The notes beneath the pieces were generated by a model that made no database searches, was not told where the DNA came from, and saw only the letters and a list, made by a program, of their open reading frames with translations. The position numbers and the translations under genes are program-made. From IMG/VR virus record IMGVR_UViG_3300048599_000781, positions 1 to 53,835 of that record: a stretch of DNA of 53,835 nt; one strand, 5' to 3'. This DNA comes from a virus (lineage: Duplodnaviria; Caudoviricetes). Of this stretch, positions 34,009-44,008 are shown piece after piece (positions within the stretch are counted from its first letter, which is position 1; each line of letters begins with the position of its first letter).

Positions 34009-36494
34009 GCGCTGTTCGTCAGGTCGCCTTCCGCCTCAAAAGCGACGGCAAGGCCGAGGTTCAGCGGGACTTCAAGGACGTCGGGGATTCCGGCGCCAAG
34101 GCCTACGCCCATATCGAACAGGCCGCCATCGAAGCGAGCCACGCCGCCGACCGCCAAATGGCGAAGTATCGCGAGATGGCCAAGGCCGCGGAGGCTGCCG
34201 GCCGCGCCGCCGATGTCCAGCGTCGCTACAACACGCTGCTAGGCGTTGACGCCACGGTCGGCAAGTCGGCCAGGTCGAGCGCCGAGGCGTTCATGCAGGG
34301 TCCGGGGCGCGGCCTCTCCGCCATGCAGCGGAACACCCTGGTCTATACGGTCTCGGACGTCTTCGCGTCCGCGGCCTCGGGCATGAACCCGGCGATGATC
34401 GCCATGCAGCAGGGGCCGCAGGTGTTGCAGGCCTTCATCGTGGAGGGCGGCAAGGCGGCGGCGACCATGATGCGCCTGGGCGTGGCGATCGGCGTGCCGG
34501 CTGCGGCGGTCGGCTTACTGACGGGGGCGTATCTCAGCCATCGCGAAGCCTCGCGCCAGCTCGAAATCTCGGTGAGCGGGATCGGGGCGGCGAGCGGCGA
34601 GAGCGCCGACAGCCTGCGCGCCCTGGCCGACGCCAATCGCGACGCCGGCCAGCTCACGGCGGGCGCTGCGCGGGACATGGCGGGCGCCTATGCCGAGACC
34701 GGCCGGATCGGCGGCGAGGTGATCGGGCGGCTGATCGCCGAAACCCGCAGCTATGCCACCGTGACGCGCCAGGACGCCAAGGGCGCCACGGCCGAGCTGG
34801 CCAAGGCGTTCGCCGATCCCGCCAAGGGGGCCGAGGTGCTGAACGGCAAGCTCGGCCTGCTGGACGACGGCACGCTGCGCTACATCCAGACCCTGATCGA
34901 GCAGAACCGGACGACCGAAGCCCAGCTCGTCCTGGCCGACAGCCTGTCGCGCCGGCTGGAGACCGCCGCCGGCAACGTGTCGGTGCTGGGCGGGGCGTGG
35001 GACGTGGTCAAGCGCAAGGCCGCCGACGCCTGGGAGTGGATGGGCAAGGCGGTGGACCGGGCGCTGGGCGGCGGGCCGGCGCTGCAGCGCATCCAGGACC
35101 TGACGCTGGAGCGCGCGGTGCAGGCGCAGGTCCCGTTCGGCCTCGGCAATCGCCGCGTCCAGGAGATCGACGCCGAGCTGGCGAAAATCCGATCGGACGA
35201 GGCGGCGCGGGAACGTCAGGCCGCACAGACCCGAGCGAACCAGATCGCCGCCGATGCGCGCGCCGCTCAGGACCGCGTGAACCCGCTGCCCGGCCGCCTG
35301 CGCGAGCTGCGGGCGGATGAGGCCAAGATCAAGGGCGCGCTCGACATCGGCGCGCTGGTGGACACCGTCCAGGCGCAAAAGGACCTGGAGGCGCTGCGCA
35401 AGGAGATCAAGGCGGTCGAGGCCGGCTATTCCAGCGCCAGCGCGCAGGCCAGCGCGCTCGGCCGTCAGAGCCGCAGCGCTGCGAGCGACGCTCGCAAGGC
35501 CGCGCGGGAAGCCGAGCGGGATGCGAAGGAGGCTGAGCGCCAGGCCAAGCGCCTGCTGGACCTGCAGACGCGCGACCAGATCGCGCTGGCCAGGGCGCAG
35601 GACAACAAATTCCTGGTCGAGGAGCTGGAGCGCGAGGCCCGCCTGCGTAGCCTGACGAACGACTACGAGTCGGCCGGGCTTTCGCTCACCCGGGCGCGCT
35701 TGGTCGCCCAGCAGCAGGTTTCCCTGGAGACCAAGGCCGAGTTCGAGACGCGCCGGAAGCTGTTGACCGAGGTTCCGCGGGACTTCGTCTCGACGCAGGA
35801 CGCCCTGAAGCGCCATGAGGCGATCCTGGCCGGCGCGAACGACAATGTCGATGCGGCGAAGGCCATGCAGGGCGCCTATGAGTCCGCGTTCGACCGCATC
35901 GGCGACATGCTCGCCTCTGGCGAGACCGACTGGTCGAGCTATCGCGACGCCGGCAAGGCCGCGATCAACGACATCATCGGGGAGATGTTGCGCCTGGCGG
36001 CGATCAACCCGCTGAAGAACGCGCTGTTCGGCCAGGCCAACCCCACGCTCGGCAGCGGCGGCCTGCTCGGCGCGCTGTTCGGAAAGGGCGGGTCGAAGGC
36101 CGGCATCCTGCCCGGCGACCAACCGGCGATGCAGCTTCCCGAGCGGTGGAACCTCGGGGGCGGCTCAATCCTCGGATCGATCTTCGGCGCCCTGCGCATC
36201 CCCGGCTTCGCGGCCGGGACGGACTATGCGCCGGGCGGCTGGGCCGAGGTCGGGGAGCATGGCCGCGAGCTGGTCCGGCTGCCGCGCGGCTCGCAGGTGT
36301 TCAATGCCCAACGAACCGCCGCGATGTCCAAGGGCGGCGACGTGACCGTGCCGATCTCGATCCATGTCGATGCGCAGGGCGCGGGCCCGCGCGAGGTCGA
36401 TGCGATCGTCGCGCGCCTCGACCAGTTCGAGCGGGACTTCCCGGGGCGGGTGGTCGCGGTCGTGACCGACGCGCGCGAGCGGCGGTGGATGTAG
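34005..36494 (+). CDS. Tape measure protein
   Basis: Ala-rich coiled coil; QQGPQ, LAKAFADP, VGE.G.EL motifs. Confidence 0.9.
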   Translation: MSAVRQVAFRLKSDGKAEVQRDFKDVGDSGAKAYAHIEQAAIEASHAADRQMAKYREMAKAAEAAGRAADVQRRYNTLLGVDATVGKSARSSAEAFMQGPGRGLSAMQRNTLVYTVSDVFASAASGMNPAMIAMQQGPQVLQAFIVEGGKAAATMMRLGVAIGVPAAAVGLLTGAYLSHREASRQLEISVSGIGAASGESADSLRALADANRDAGQLTAGAARDMAGAYAETGRIGGEVIGRLIAETRSYATVTRQDAKGATAELAKAFADPAKGAEVLNGKLGLLDDGTLRYIQTLIEQNRTTEAQLVLADSLSRRLETAAGNVSVLGGAWDVVKRKAADAWEWMGKAVDRALGGGPALQRIQDLTLERAVQAQVPFGLGNRRVQEIDAELAKIRSDEAARERQAAQTRANQIAADARAAQDRVNPLPGRLRELRADEAKIKGALDIGALVDTVQAQKDLEALRKEIKAVEAGYSSASAQASALGRQSRSAASDARKAAREAERDAKEAERQAKRLLDLQTRDQIALARAQDNKFLVEELEREARLRSLTNDYESAGLSLTRARLVAQQQVSLETKAEFETRRKLLTEVPRDFVSTQDALKRHEAILAGANDNVDAAKAMQGAYESAFDRIGDMLASGETDWSSYRDAGKAAINDIIGEMLRLAAINPLKNALFGQANPTLGSGGLLGALFGKGGSKAGILPGDQPAMQLPERWNLGGGSILGSIFGALRIPGFAAGTDYAPGGWAEVGEHGRELVRLPRGSQVFNAQRTAAMSKGGDVTVPISIHVDAQGAGPREVDAIVARLDQFERDFPGRVVAVVTDARERRWM

Positions 36495-36498
36495 GCCG

Positions 36499-37176
36499 AT
36501 GATCCTTTTCCCTCGCGACATGCCGGAGATCGGGCCGGCGCAGCAATCGTTCGAGATCGACCGCGTCGACCTGTTGTCGCGCGACGCCTCGGGCCGCGCG
36601 GGCGGCATGGCGGTCGGTCAGCCGCTCTGGTCGGCCGAATGGACCTTGGGCGCTCAGTTCGGCGACGCCCTGTCCGACGAGTGGCGGGCCTGGGTCGCCT
36701 CCCTCGAGGGCGCCAGCCGGCCGTTCATCGGCCGCGATATCGAGCGGCCCTATCCGAAGCTGCATGCGGGCGGGTTCGGCGGCATGGTCCGGGTTGGCGG
36801 CGGGGCGTTCGACGGGTCGGCGTCCTGGTCCTTCAGCCTGGGGTTCGGCGGTCTGCCGCAACTGCAGCTCGGCGGGCTGCCGGCGGGCCTGACGATATCG
36901 GTCGGCGACTATGTCGATTTCCGCTGGCAGACGCTCGGCGAGGCCCGGCGCTCGCTGGTCCGCAGCCTGGAGCGGGTGAGCGCCAGCGGCGCAGGCGTCG
37001 CGGTCTTCGCGGTCACGCCGGCCGTGCCGACCCTGACGCCGGTGGGCGCTGTCGCCCATCTCGACCGGCCGGGCTGCCTCATGCGCCTGGTCCCCCAGCA
37101 GACCCGGCTGACCGCCATGGATCGCCGGCGGGCGGTGGGCGGGCGGATCGTGGCGCTGCAGGACCTGCGGCCATGA
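36499..37176 (+). CDS. Distal tail protein-like
   Basis: Directly after the TMP; coupled. Confidence 0.65.
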   Translation: MILFPRDMPEIGPAQQSFEIDRVDLLSRDASGRAGGMAVGQPLWSAEWTLGAQFGDALSDEWRAWVASLEGASRPFIGRDIERPYPKLHAGGFGGMVRVGGGAFDGSASWSFSLGFGGLPQLQLGGLPAGLTISVGDYVDFRWQTLGEARRSLVRSLERVSASGAGVAVFAVTPAVPTLTPVGAVAHLDRPGCLMRLVPQQTRLTAMDRRRAVGGRIVALQDLRP

Positions 37177-37811
37177 AGGACTTCGGGACGGCGGCGCGGG
37201 AGGCGATCGCGGCGGGCGCGGCGATGAGCGTCGGCGCCGTCTATATCGCCGTGCCGGGCGAGCCCTTCGCGGTGTGGGGCGGCTATGGCGAGATCGAGAT
37301 CGAGGGCGTGACCTATGTCGGGATCGGGGATCGCGGGCTGGTCAGCACCTCGACCGCCGCGGTCGGGTCCGGCGATCAGGGGATCACGCTGGAGCTGTCG
37401 GGGATCGAGCCGCAGGTGCTGGAGCTGGCCGACACCCGGGCGGCGAACCGCGCCGAGGTGATGGTGCGGCGGCTGATCTTCGACGCCAGCGGCCGCAACC
37501 TGCTGGCCGCGCCGGTGTTCGCGCGCGGCCGGCTCGACCGGATCAAGACCAAGGACACGATCGGCGGGACGTCAATCATCACCGCCATGGTCGAGGGCGC
37601 GGTGCGCGGCCTCGGCCGGGCCGGCGGGCGGATGCGCAGCAACGCCGACCAGCGGATGTGCGACGCCGATGACGACGGCATGGCCAATGTCGCCCACGCC
37701 GGGGAGACCTCGATCTACTGGGGCGGCAAGCCGGCCCAGACCAGCCAGCAGGCGTTCAGCGGGACCAAGGTGGTCGCGGACGCGCTCTACAAGATCTTCG
37801 GCTCGAAATGA
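37173..37811 (+). CDS. Minor tail protein
   Basis: W.GYG...Y.G.G, L.LSGI, DQR...D.G, IYWG; synteny. Confidence 0.65.
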   Translation: MKDFGTAAREAIAAGAAMSVGAVYIAVPGEPFAVWGGYGEIEIEGVTYVGIGDRGLVSTSTAAVGSGDQGITLELSGIEPQVLELADTRAANRAEVMVRRLIFDASGRNLLAAPVFARGRLDRIKTKDTIGGTSIITAMVEGAVRGLGRAGGRMRSNADQRMCDADDDGMANVAHAGETSIYWGGKPAQTSQQAFSGTKVVADALYKIFGSK

Positions 37812-38209
37812 CCGCGCGGAATTACGAGGGGCTACTGCGCTACCTGGCGCAGCGTTCGCGCACGCCGTTCGCCTGGGGGCGGGATGCGAACGACTGCGTC
37901 AGCCACATGCTGGGGGCGCTGGAGGCGCAGGGGACGCCGCTCGACCCGGCGACCCTGCCGGCGTGGTCGAGCGAGCGGGGCGCGGCGCGGGTGCTGGCGC
38001 GGCTGGGCGGGCTGGAGGCGGCGCTGGGCGGCTGGCTGCGCCCGATCGCCCCGGCCATGGCTCAGCGCGGCGACATTGCGGGCGTGATCGGGCCGGACGG
38101 GACGATGGCGGTGCTGATCGTCGAGGGCGACACCCTGGTCGGGCCGAGCCCGGCCGGTCATCAGCGGCTGGCGCGCTCGCGCATGGTCCGGGCCTGGAGC
38201 GCGACGTGA
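37808..38209 (+). CDS. NlpC/P60-like tail-tip assembly protein (DUF6950-like)
   Basis: PFAWG..DC, AQRGD, C-terminal AW. Confidence 0.7.
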   Translation: MTARNYEGLLRYLAQRSRTPFAWGRDANDCVSHMLGALEAQGTPLDPATLPAWSSERGAARVLARLGGLEAALGGWLRPIAPAMAQRGDIAGVIGPDGTMAVLIVEGDTLVGPSPAGHQRLARSRMVRAWSAT

Positions 38210-41200
38210 TCCGGCTGGCGATCCTGATCGCGACGGCGCTGCTGTTCTCGGCTGCGCCGGCGCTGGCCCTGCCGGTCGCCGCGGTGGCGGCGTTCATCGG
38301 CGTATCGGCGACTGGCATCGTGGCGGCGGCGGCGACCTTCGTGGTCAACACCGTCATCTCGATGGGGCTGAGCGCGGTCGTCAACAAGCTGTTCGCGCCG
38401 AAGATGCCCAGCTCGGCCGAGGCCGCGCAGGAGCGGCAGGCCAGCATCACCCAGCTCAATGTCGGGGAGGTCGCGCGCGAGTTCGTGTTCGGCGAGACCG
38501 CCAACGCCGGCAGCCTGGCGGCCGCCTTCAACTATGGCGGCAAGTACGGGACCGACCATGTGGTCAAGATCGTGGTCGTCGCCGACCACAGGTGCGACGG
38601 GCTCAAGGGCTTCTATGTCAACGACACGGAGGTAGGGTTCGTCGCCGACGGGGCGGTGGCCGACTATGGGGGGCAGCTCAGCGTCTACTGGCGCGACGGC
38701 TCGGAGGGTCAGCAGTTCCCGGCCGACCTGCTGGCGGCCTGGAAGGCGTCGCCGCTGCACGGCCACACGGCGCCGGAGACCGGCGCGATCCTGACCGGCT
38801 GCGCCTATATCGTTTTCGACTACATCTGCGACGCGCCGGACGCGGAAAACCCGATCTGGGGCGGCAACCATCCGCAGTTCCTGCCGATCCTGCGGGGCGG
38901 GCGCTTCTACGACCCGCGCAAGGATTCGACGGTCCCAGGCGGGGACGGGCCGCACCGCTGGGCCGATCCCTCGACCTGGGCGTGGACGCGGAACCTGGCG
39001 ATCGTCCGCTACAACTGGCTGCGCGGCGCCTATTACCTGGACCGGGTGGCCGAGCCGCGCCACCTGCTGGTCGGGCGGGGCCTGTCGGCCCTGGAAGCGC
39101 CGCCGGAACGCGTCATCGCCGCGGCCAATGTCTGCGACGAGCTGGTGGACGACGGCCAGGGCGGGACCGAGCCGCGCTACCTGGCGGACGGGGTGATCCG
39201 CTCCTCGCAGCCGTTCGACCAGGTCGAGGCGATGTTCGAGGCCTGCTGCGGCGGCAAGATCGTCCAGCCCGAGGGCGGGGTGGAGCTGGAGCCGGGGCAG
39301 GCGCGCACGCCGATCGTCCAGATCACCGACGACGACCTGGTGGTCGGCCGCGAGGTGGAGTTCGACCATTTCGCGTCGGACGCCAGCCGCGTGAACACGG
39401 TCATTCCGCGCTATATCGAGCCGGCCCAGCGCTATGCCGACCATGCCGCGCCGGTGCTGCGCGACATCCTCGACGTGCTGGCCGAGGGGCCGCGCGAGGA
39501 GACCCTGCCGCTCTCGTTCGTGACCCGGGTCAGCCAGGCGATGCGGGTGGGCGAGATGCGCCGGCGCCAGGCGCGGCTGGAGCGCACCGCCAAGATCGTG
39601 CTGCCGCCGTGGTTCGCCGAGGTCGAGGAGGGCGACTGGATCGAATGGACCTCCCGGCGCCATACGGACGGCGAGCCGGTCGTGTTCCGGGTGGGGTCCT
39701 ACAGCCTGAGCGAGGGCTGGGAGAACACCCTGGTCCTGGCCGAGACCTCGTTCGCCGTCTACGGCCACGGCGGCCTGCCGCTGCCCTCGGCCGGCGGCCA
39801 TACCCCGACCCTGCCGCCCGGCGCGCTGGTGCTGGACGAGGTGACCGCCCAGGCGATCCAGATCGAGGGCGACGACACGCTGATCCCGGCCGTGCGCTTC
39901 ACCTGGGCGACGCCGGTCGACGCGGCGATCGGGCGCATCCGCGCCGAGGTGCGCAAGTTCGGGCAGACGGCCGCCGCGCCGACGACGACGGACAATGTCA
40001 ACGCCGGCGAGCTGATCGTGACCAACGGCGTGCCGATCCAGGCCGACATCGAGGTGCGCCTGGTCCCGCTGGGCGACGCCGACCGGCCCATCGTGCCGTC
40101 GCCCTGGATCGCCCTGACGACGGGCGAGCTGCGCGTGCCGGGGATCACGACCATCGGCGGGCTGACGCCCGAGCAATTGGTGGCCGAGCTGAAGGCGGCG
40201 TCGGCCCAGGGCGCGGCCCTGAACAAGGCGATGATGGAAGCGTTCCTGCGGCTGAGCGAGGAGCGCGCGCAGCTCTACCAGGAGACATTCTACAACGGCC
40301 AGCGCATCCGCTCGATCGTGCTGGACGAGATCGAGGAGCGCGGCCAGGGCGACGCCTTCATCCTCAGCCGGGTCAGCCTGATGGGGCTGGAGGTCGACGG
40401 CGGCGCGGCGTTCCGGCTCAGCGATACGACGCTGAAGGTCACCGACGCCATGACCTGGGGGCAGTATCGCGACAGCCTGCAGGCGAGCTTTGGCTCGGTG
40501 AACGCGGCGATCACGTCCGAGGCGACGGTGCGCGCCGGCGCCGACGAGGCGATGGCCAGTACGCTCTCGACGGTTTCGACGACGGTCGGGGGGCACACCG
40601 CCAGCATCTCCACCTTGGCGAGTTCGGTGGGCGGCCTCCAGGCGCAATATGTGCTCTCGGTCAGCGCCGGCAACCGCGTCGCCGGCATGAGGCTGGCCGC
40701 TGGCGGCGGGGTCTCGTCCATCGCTTTCAGCGCCTCGCAAATCGGGTTCACGAACGGGGTCACCGACAAGTACCCGTTCGCGATCGTCGACAACGAGGTT
40801 CATGCGACCAGCTTCCGGGTCGATCGGGTTCAGGCCAACTCCATCGTCACGAACAGCTTGGTCGGCGGGGCGGTCTCATCGATGCTCTATTCCGAGCAGT
40901 CGGCAGGCGGCGCGGCCATCGGTGCGTCCGACACGCAAATCTTCAGCATGTCCTTCACCTCGACGGGCGGGGCGCACGCGCTGCACCTGAACGTCCAGGC
41001 CTCCCACTCGGGCGGCGGCGAAGCCGGCGTGCTGGTGACGATCCGGCGCAACGGCGGCTTGATCGGGACACGGTCGTTCTGGCTGCGGCAGTCCTTCTCC
41101 TACACCGGCTCGTTCTCGGTCTTCGATCAGCCCGGCGCAGGAACCCACACCTACACGATCAGCGTCGCCGAAACGGCCGGCTCCGATCACCTGGGCGTCG

Positions 41201-41241
41201 CCCAGTCCTCCAACATGATCATCACGGAGCTGAAGCGGTGA
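38206..41241 (+). CDS. Tail tip / host specificity protein (J-like)
   Basis: YDPRKDS, AANVCDE, RY.ADG; C-terminal coiled coil and lambda-J-like AGM...PF region. Confidence 0.85.
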   Translation: MIRLAILIATALLFSAAPALALPVAAVAAFIGVSATGIVAAAATFVVNTVISMGLSAVVNKLFAPKMPSSAEAAQERQASITQLNVGEVAREFVFGETANAGSLAAAFNYGGKYGTDHVVKIVVVADHRCDGLKGFYVNDTEVGFVADGAVADYGGQLSVYWRDGSEGQQFPADLLAAWKASPLHGHTAPETGAILTGCAYIVFDYICDAPDAENPIWGGNHPQFLPILRGGRFYDPRKDSTVPGGDGPHRWADPSTWAWTRNLAIVRYNWLRGAYYLDRVAEPRHLLVGRGLSALEAPPERVIAAANVCDELVDDGQGGTEPRYLADGVIRSSQPFDQVEAMFEACCGGKIVQPEGGVELEPGQARTPIVQITDDDLVVGREVEFDHFASDASRVNTVIPRYIEPAQRYADHAAPVLRDILDVLAEGPREETLPLSFVTRVSQAMRVGEMRRRQARLERTAKIVLPPWFAEVEEGDWIEWTSRRHTDGEPVVFRVGSYSLSEGWENTLVLAETSFAVYGHGGLPLPSAGGHTPTLPPGALVLDEVTAQAIQIEGDDTLIPAVRFTWATPVDAAIGRIRAEVRKFGQTAAAPTTTDNVNAGELIVTNGVPIQADIEVRLVPLGDADRPIVPSPWIALTTGELRVPGITTIGGLTPEQLVAELKAASAQGAALNKAMMEAFLRLSEERAQLYQETFYNGQRIRSIVLDEIEERGQGDAFILSRVSLMGLEVDGGAAFRLSDTTLKVTDAMTWGQYRDSLQASFGSVNAAITSEATVRAGADEAMASTLSTVSTTVGGHTASISTLASSVGGLQAQYVLSVSAGNRVAGMRLAAGGGVSSIAFSASQIGFTNGVTDKYPFAIVDNEVHATSFRVDRVQANSIVTNSLVGGAVSSMLYSEQSAGGAAIGASDTQIFSMSFTSTGGAHALHLNVQASHSGGGEAGVLVTIRRNGGLIGTRSFWLRQSFSYTGSFSVFDQPGAGTHTYTISVAETAGSDHLGVAQSSNMIITELKR

Positions 41242-41483
41242 AACTTGCCGTGTTCGATGCCGGCGGTCAGGCGAGCCAGATCATCGCCGGGCCCGAGCTG
41301 CACCTGGTCGCGAACCTCTGGATGCTGCCCACCGATCAGCAGACCCGCGTCCTGGACGGCACGCCGTTCGAGGGCGTGGTGTCTCTGGTCGCCCTGCGCG
41401 AGACCGAGGCGGGCATCGAGCACTATCCGGCGATACCGTCCTTGGCCGAGTTCGACGCCATCGTGGCCGGGGGGCTGCAATGA
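41238..41483 (+). CDS. Small tail-associated protein
   Basis: GTGA/ATGA coupling between the J-like and fibre genes. Confidence 0.6.
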   Translation: MKLAVFDAGGQASQIIAGPELHLVANLWMLPTDQQTRVLDGTPFEGVVSLVALRETEAGIEHYPAIPSLAEFDAIVAGGLQ

Positions 41484-43648
41484 CCCTGACCACCACCCAA
41501 TTTGCGGTCAGCTTCGCCGACGAACTGACCGGGCAGGGCCTCGCCCTGGACGACAAGCCGGCGTTCGCCGCCGCCTTCGCCGGGATGCTGACGGCCTGGC
41601 TGGGCGGCGAGGACGCGCTGCCGGCGGACACCGCCTATCGGCTGATGCAGGTCATGGGGGCCTGGAACCTCGACCAGCTCCAGCGCCTGGACTGGTGGGC
41701 GGGGTCGGCGACCGGCGGCCCGAACGGCGATGGCCTCTATCCGATGACCAATGCGGCGGGGGTCGCCACGTCGTTCCCGTGCCTGGCCAAGCTGTTGCAG
41801 GTGACGGCCAAGGGCGATCCCGGCGGGCTGCCCTATGTGTTCTCGGCCGCCACGGCCGACGCCGATCCCGGCCCCGGCAAGCTGCGGTTCGACGCGGCCG
41901 CGCCGGCCGAGGTGGCCAGGCTCTATGTGGACGACGTCGGGGCGACCGGCGGGGATCTGAGCGGTTTGTTCGCCGGCATGGGCGCCTCGACCTCGGTGCA
42001 GAAGGGTCTGTTGGTAATCCAGGCGGGCAGCACGGCCGCGCCGCTGGTCTTCCGTCTGACCGGCGCGCCGACCGCGCAGGGGGGCTATCACGAGCTGCCG
42101 GTGGCGCACCTGGCGGGCGCGGCTGCGCCGGCGGACGGCGCCAGCCTGACCCTGCTGTTCGCGCCGAGCGGGGATCGCGGCGAGGGCGTGCTGAGCGGCG
42201 TCGGGGCGCCGGACCCGGGCCTTGGGATTGACGGCGACGCCTATCTGCGGCTCGACACCGGCGACTGGTACGCTCGGGCGGCCGGGGCCTGGGGCGGGCC
42301 GATCGTGCAGACCGAGGTCGCCTCGCTGCTGGCGCAGGCGGTGGCGGCCCGCAACGCGGCGATCGCGGCCGAGGGGGTTACGGTCCCGGCGGCGCAGACC
42401 GCGAGCGATGCGGCGGAGGCCGCGCTCGACGCGCGCGATGTGGCGATCGAAAAGGCGGGGGACGCGAACGACGATCGCGTGGCGGTCGGCCAGGACAAGG
42501 CCGATATCGGCCTCTGGCTGATGGCGTTCGCCGACGAAAAGGCCGAGGTCGAGGGCTGGCTCGACCAGTTCGCCCTGGACAAGGCCGCCGCCGAGGCGGC
42601 GGCGGTGACCGCGACCACCAAGGCCGGCGAGGCCGCCGCGTCGGCCGCCTCGGTCGACGGGCCGCTGATCGACAGCCGGTTGAACGCCCTCGAGGCCGGA
42701 CAGGCGTCGGTCGAGGCGAGCCTGCGGTCCGACGTGCTGCGGCTGATGCTGTCGCTCGCCGAGTTGCGCCTCGACCAGGTCGGCACGCCGCACGGATGGG
42801 CCGACACGTTCGAGAGCCAGGACGGCGTGGACTTGGCGGCGTCGAGCGGCGAGTTCTATGATGGCGTCGGCAAATCCTATAACGGCCTGGCCGAACTGCC
42901 GCGGATGACGGCGAACAATGCCCCGGCCGGGCATGAGGTCGCCGCGGACGCAGAGGATGTCGGCCAGGGCGCCTGGCGGGCGGCGGACGGTTCCAACAGC
43001 ACAGGTTTCGTCACGCCGACCGGAGGGTCTGCGCCGCATTGGTGGCGTCGGAAAATGCCGGCTGGCTACATCGTCGGTACGTATCGCTTCCGATGGGGGA
43101 ACTACGGCTATCCGATGAGCTGGAAATTGCAGGGGGCCGCTTCGGCCGCCGGGCCGTGGAGCGACCTGGATGTTGCAAGCGGCTCACCAACGCCCGGCCA
43201 GTGGACGTCAACGCGCATCATCGTCGCCCCGACCTACTACGAGTACGTGAGGATCTACGTCTCGGACTACCACACGGCTCAGAATGGCCAGATGATGATC
43301 AGCGAGGTCGAGTTCACCAACAGCTCGCCCCCGGCGGACATGGACCTGCGCAGCGTGGCCCTGGGCGCGTACTCGGTCCCGACCCGCGCCTCGCTGATCG
43401 TCGCGGCGGCGTCGAGCGGCGTCATCACGCCCGGGGCCAATCTCACGGGCCATGTTAGCCGCGACGATGGCGTGACCTGGAGCGAGGCGACCTTGCAGGC
43501 CCGCGACACGGCGGGCGGCTTCACCATGTACGAGGCGCTCGGCGTCGACATCAGCGGGCAGCCGCCCGGCTCAGACATGCGCTGGCGCGTGGAGACCATC
43601 GCGCCCGAGATCATCGACATCGGCGCTGTCGCCCTAGCCTGGAACTGA
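41480..43648 (+). CDS. Tail fibre with coiled coil and discoidin/F5-8C-like domain
   Basis: G.G.P...G.DGD.Y motif; Ala-rich coil; AWRAADG...P.SWKLQG...W..LD...ISEVEF. Confidence 0.75.
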   Translation: MTLTTTQFAVSFADELTGQGLALDDKPAFAAAFAGMLTAWLGGEDALPADTAYRLMQVMGAWNLDQLQRLDWWAGSATGGPNGDGLYPMTNAAGVATSFPCLAKLLQVTAKGDPGGLPYVFSAATADADPGPGKLRFDAAAPAEVARLYVDDVGATGGDLSGLFAGMGASTSVQKGLLVIQAGSTAAPLVFRLTGAPTAQGGYHELPVAHLAGAAAPADGASLTLLFAPSGDRGEGVLSGVGAPDPGLGIDGDAYLRLDTGDWYARAAGAWGGPIVQTEVASLLAQAVAARNAAIAAEGVTVPAAQTASDAAEAALDARDVAIEKAGDANDDRVAVGQDKADIGLWLMAFADEKAEVEGWLDQFALDKAAAEAAAVTATTKAGEAAASAASVDGPLIDSRLNALEAGQASVEASLRSDVLRLMLSLAELRLDQVGTPHGWADTFESQDGVDLAASSGEFYDGVGKSYNGLAELPRMTANNAPAGHEVAADAEDVGQGAWRAADGSNSTGFVTPTGGSAPHWWRRKMPAGYIVGTYRFRWGNYGYPMSWKLQGAASAAGPWSDLDVASGSPTPGQWTSTRIIVAPTYYEYVRIYVSDYHTAQNGQMMISEVEFTNSSPPADMDLRSVALGAYSVPTRASLIVAAASSGVITPGANLTGHVSRDDGVTWSEATLQARDTAGGFTMYEALGVDISGQPPGSDMRWRVETIAPEIIDIGAVALAWN

Positions 43649-43653
43649 CGATC

Positions 43654-43947
43654 ATGGTTCGCATCATGGGGAGCGTCCGGCTCCCGACCGACGATCCCGA
43701 GGCCGTTCCGCCTGTGCCGCTCAAGGTGTCACGGATGCAGGCTCGGCGCGCGCTTCAGGCGGAAGGACTGCTTGAGGGATTCGAGGCTGCTATCGCAGCG
43801 AGCGGCGATGAGGACCTGAAAATCTACTACGCCGATAGTTCGGATTTCTATCGCAACCATCCGACGCTGACGGCCTTCATGACGGCTCGTGGGCTTACGG
43901 ACGCCCAGATCGACAACCTGTTCCGGGCCGCCGCACTTCTCGCCTGA
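43654..43947 (+). CDS. Tail fibre assembly-like protein
   Basis: VS..QAR.AL...GLTDAQID.LF motif; follows the fibre gene. Confidence 0.7.
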   Translation: MVRIMGSVRLPTDDPEAVPPVPLKVSRMQARRALQAEGLLEGFEAAIAASGDEDLKIYYADSSDFYRNHPTLTAFMTARGLTDAQIDNLFRAAALLA

Positions 43948-44008
43948 CGCGCACGACGTGCGCGACCCCGGCGAGCCCTCGCGCTCGCCGCTTTCCTGGA
44001 GAAAATCG

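Noticed and set aside
3316-40803. Very long opposite-strand ORFs (3316-5976, 10808-13963, 14232-16727, 24129-27068, 38161-40803)
   Set aside because: Antisense shadows of real GC-rich genes, with no domains and no start/stop coupling to neighbours, unlike the three bridge ORFs.
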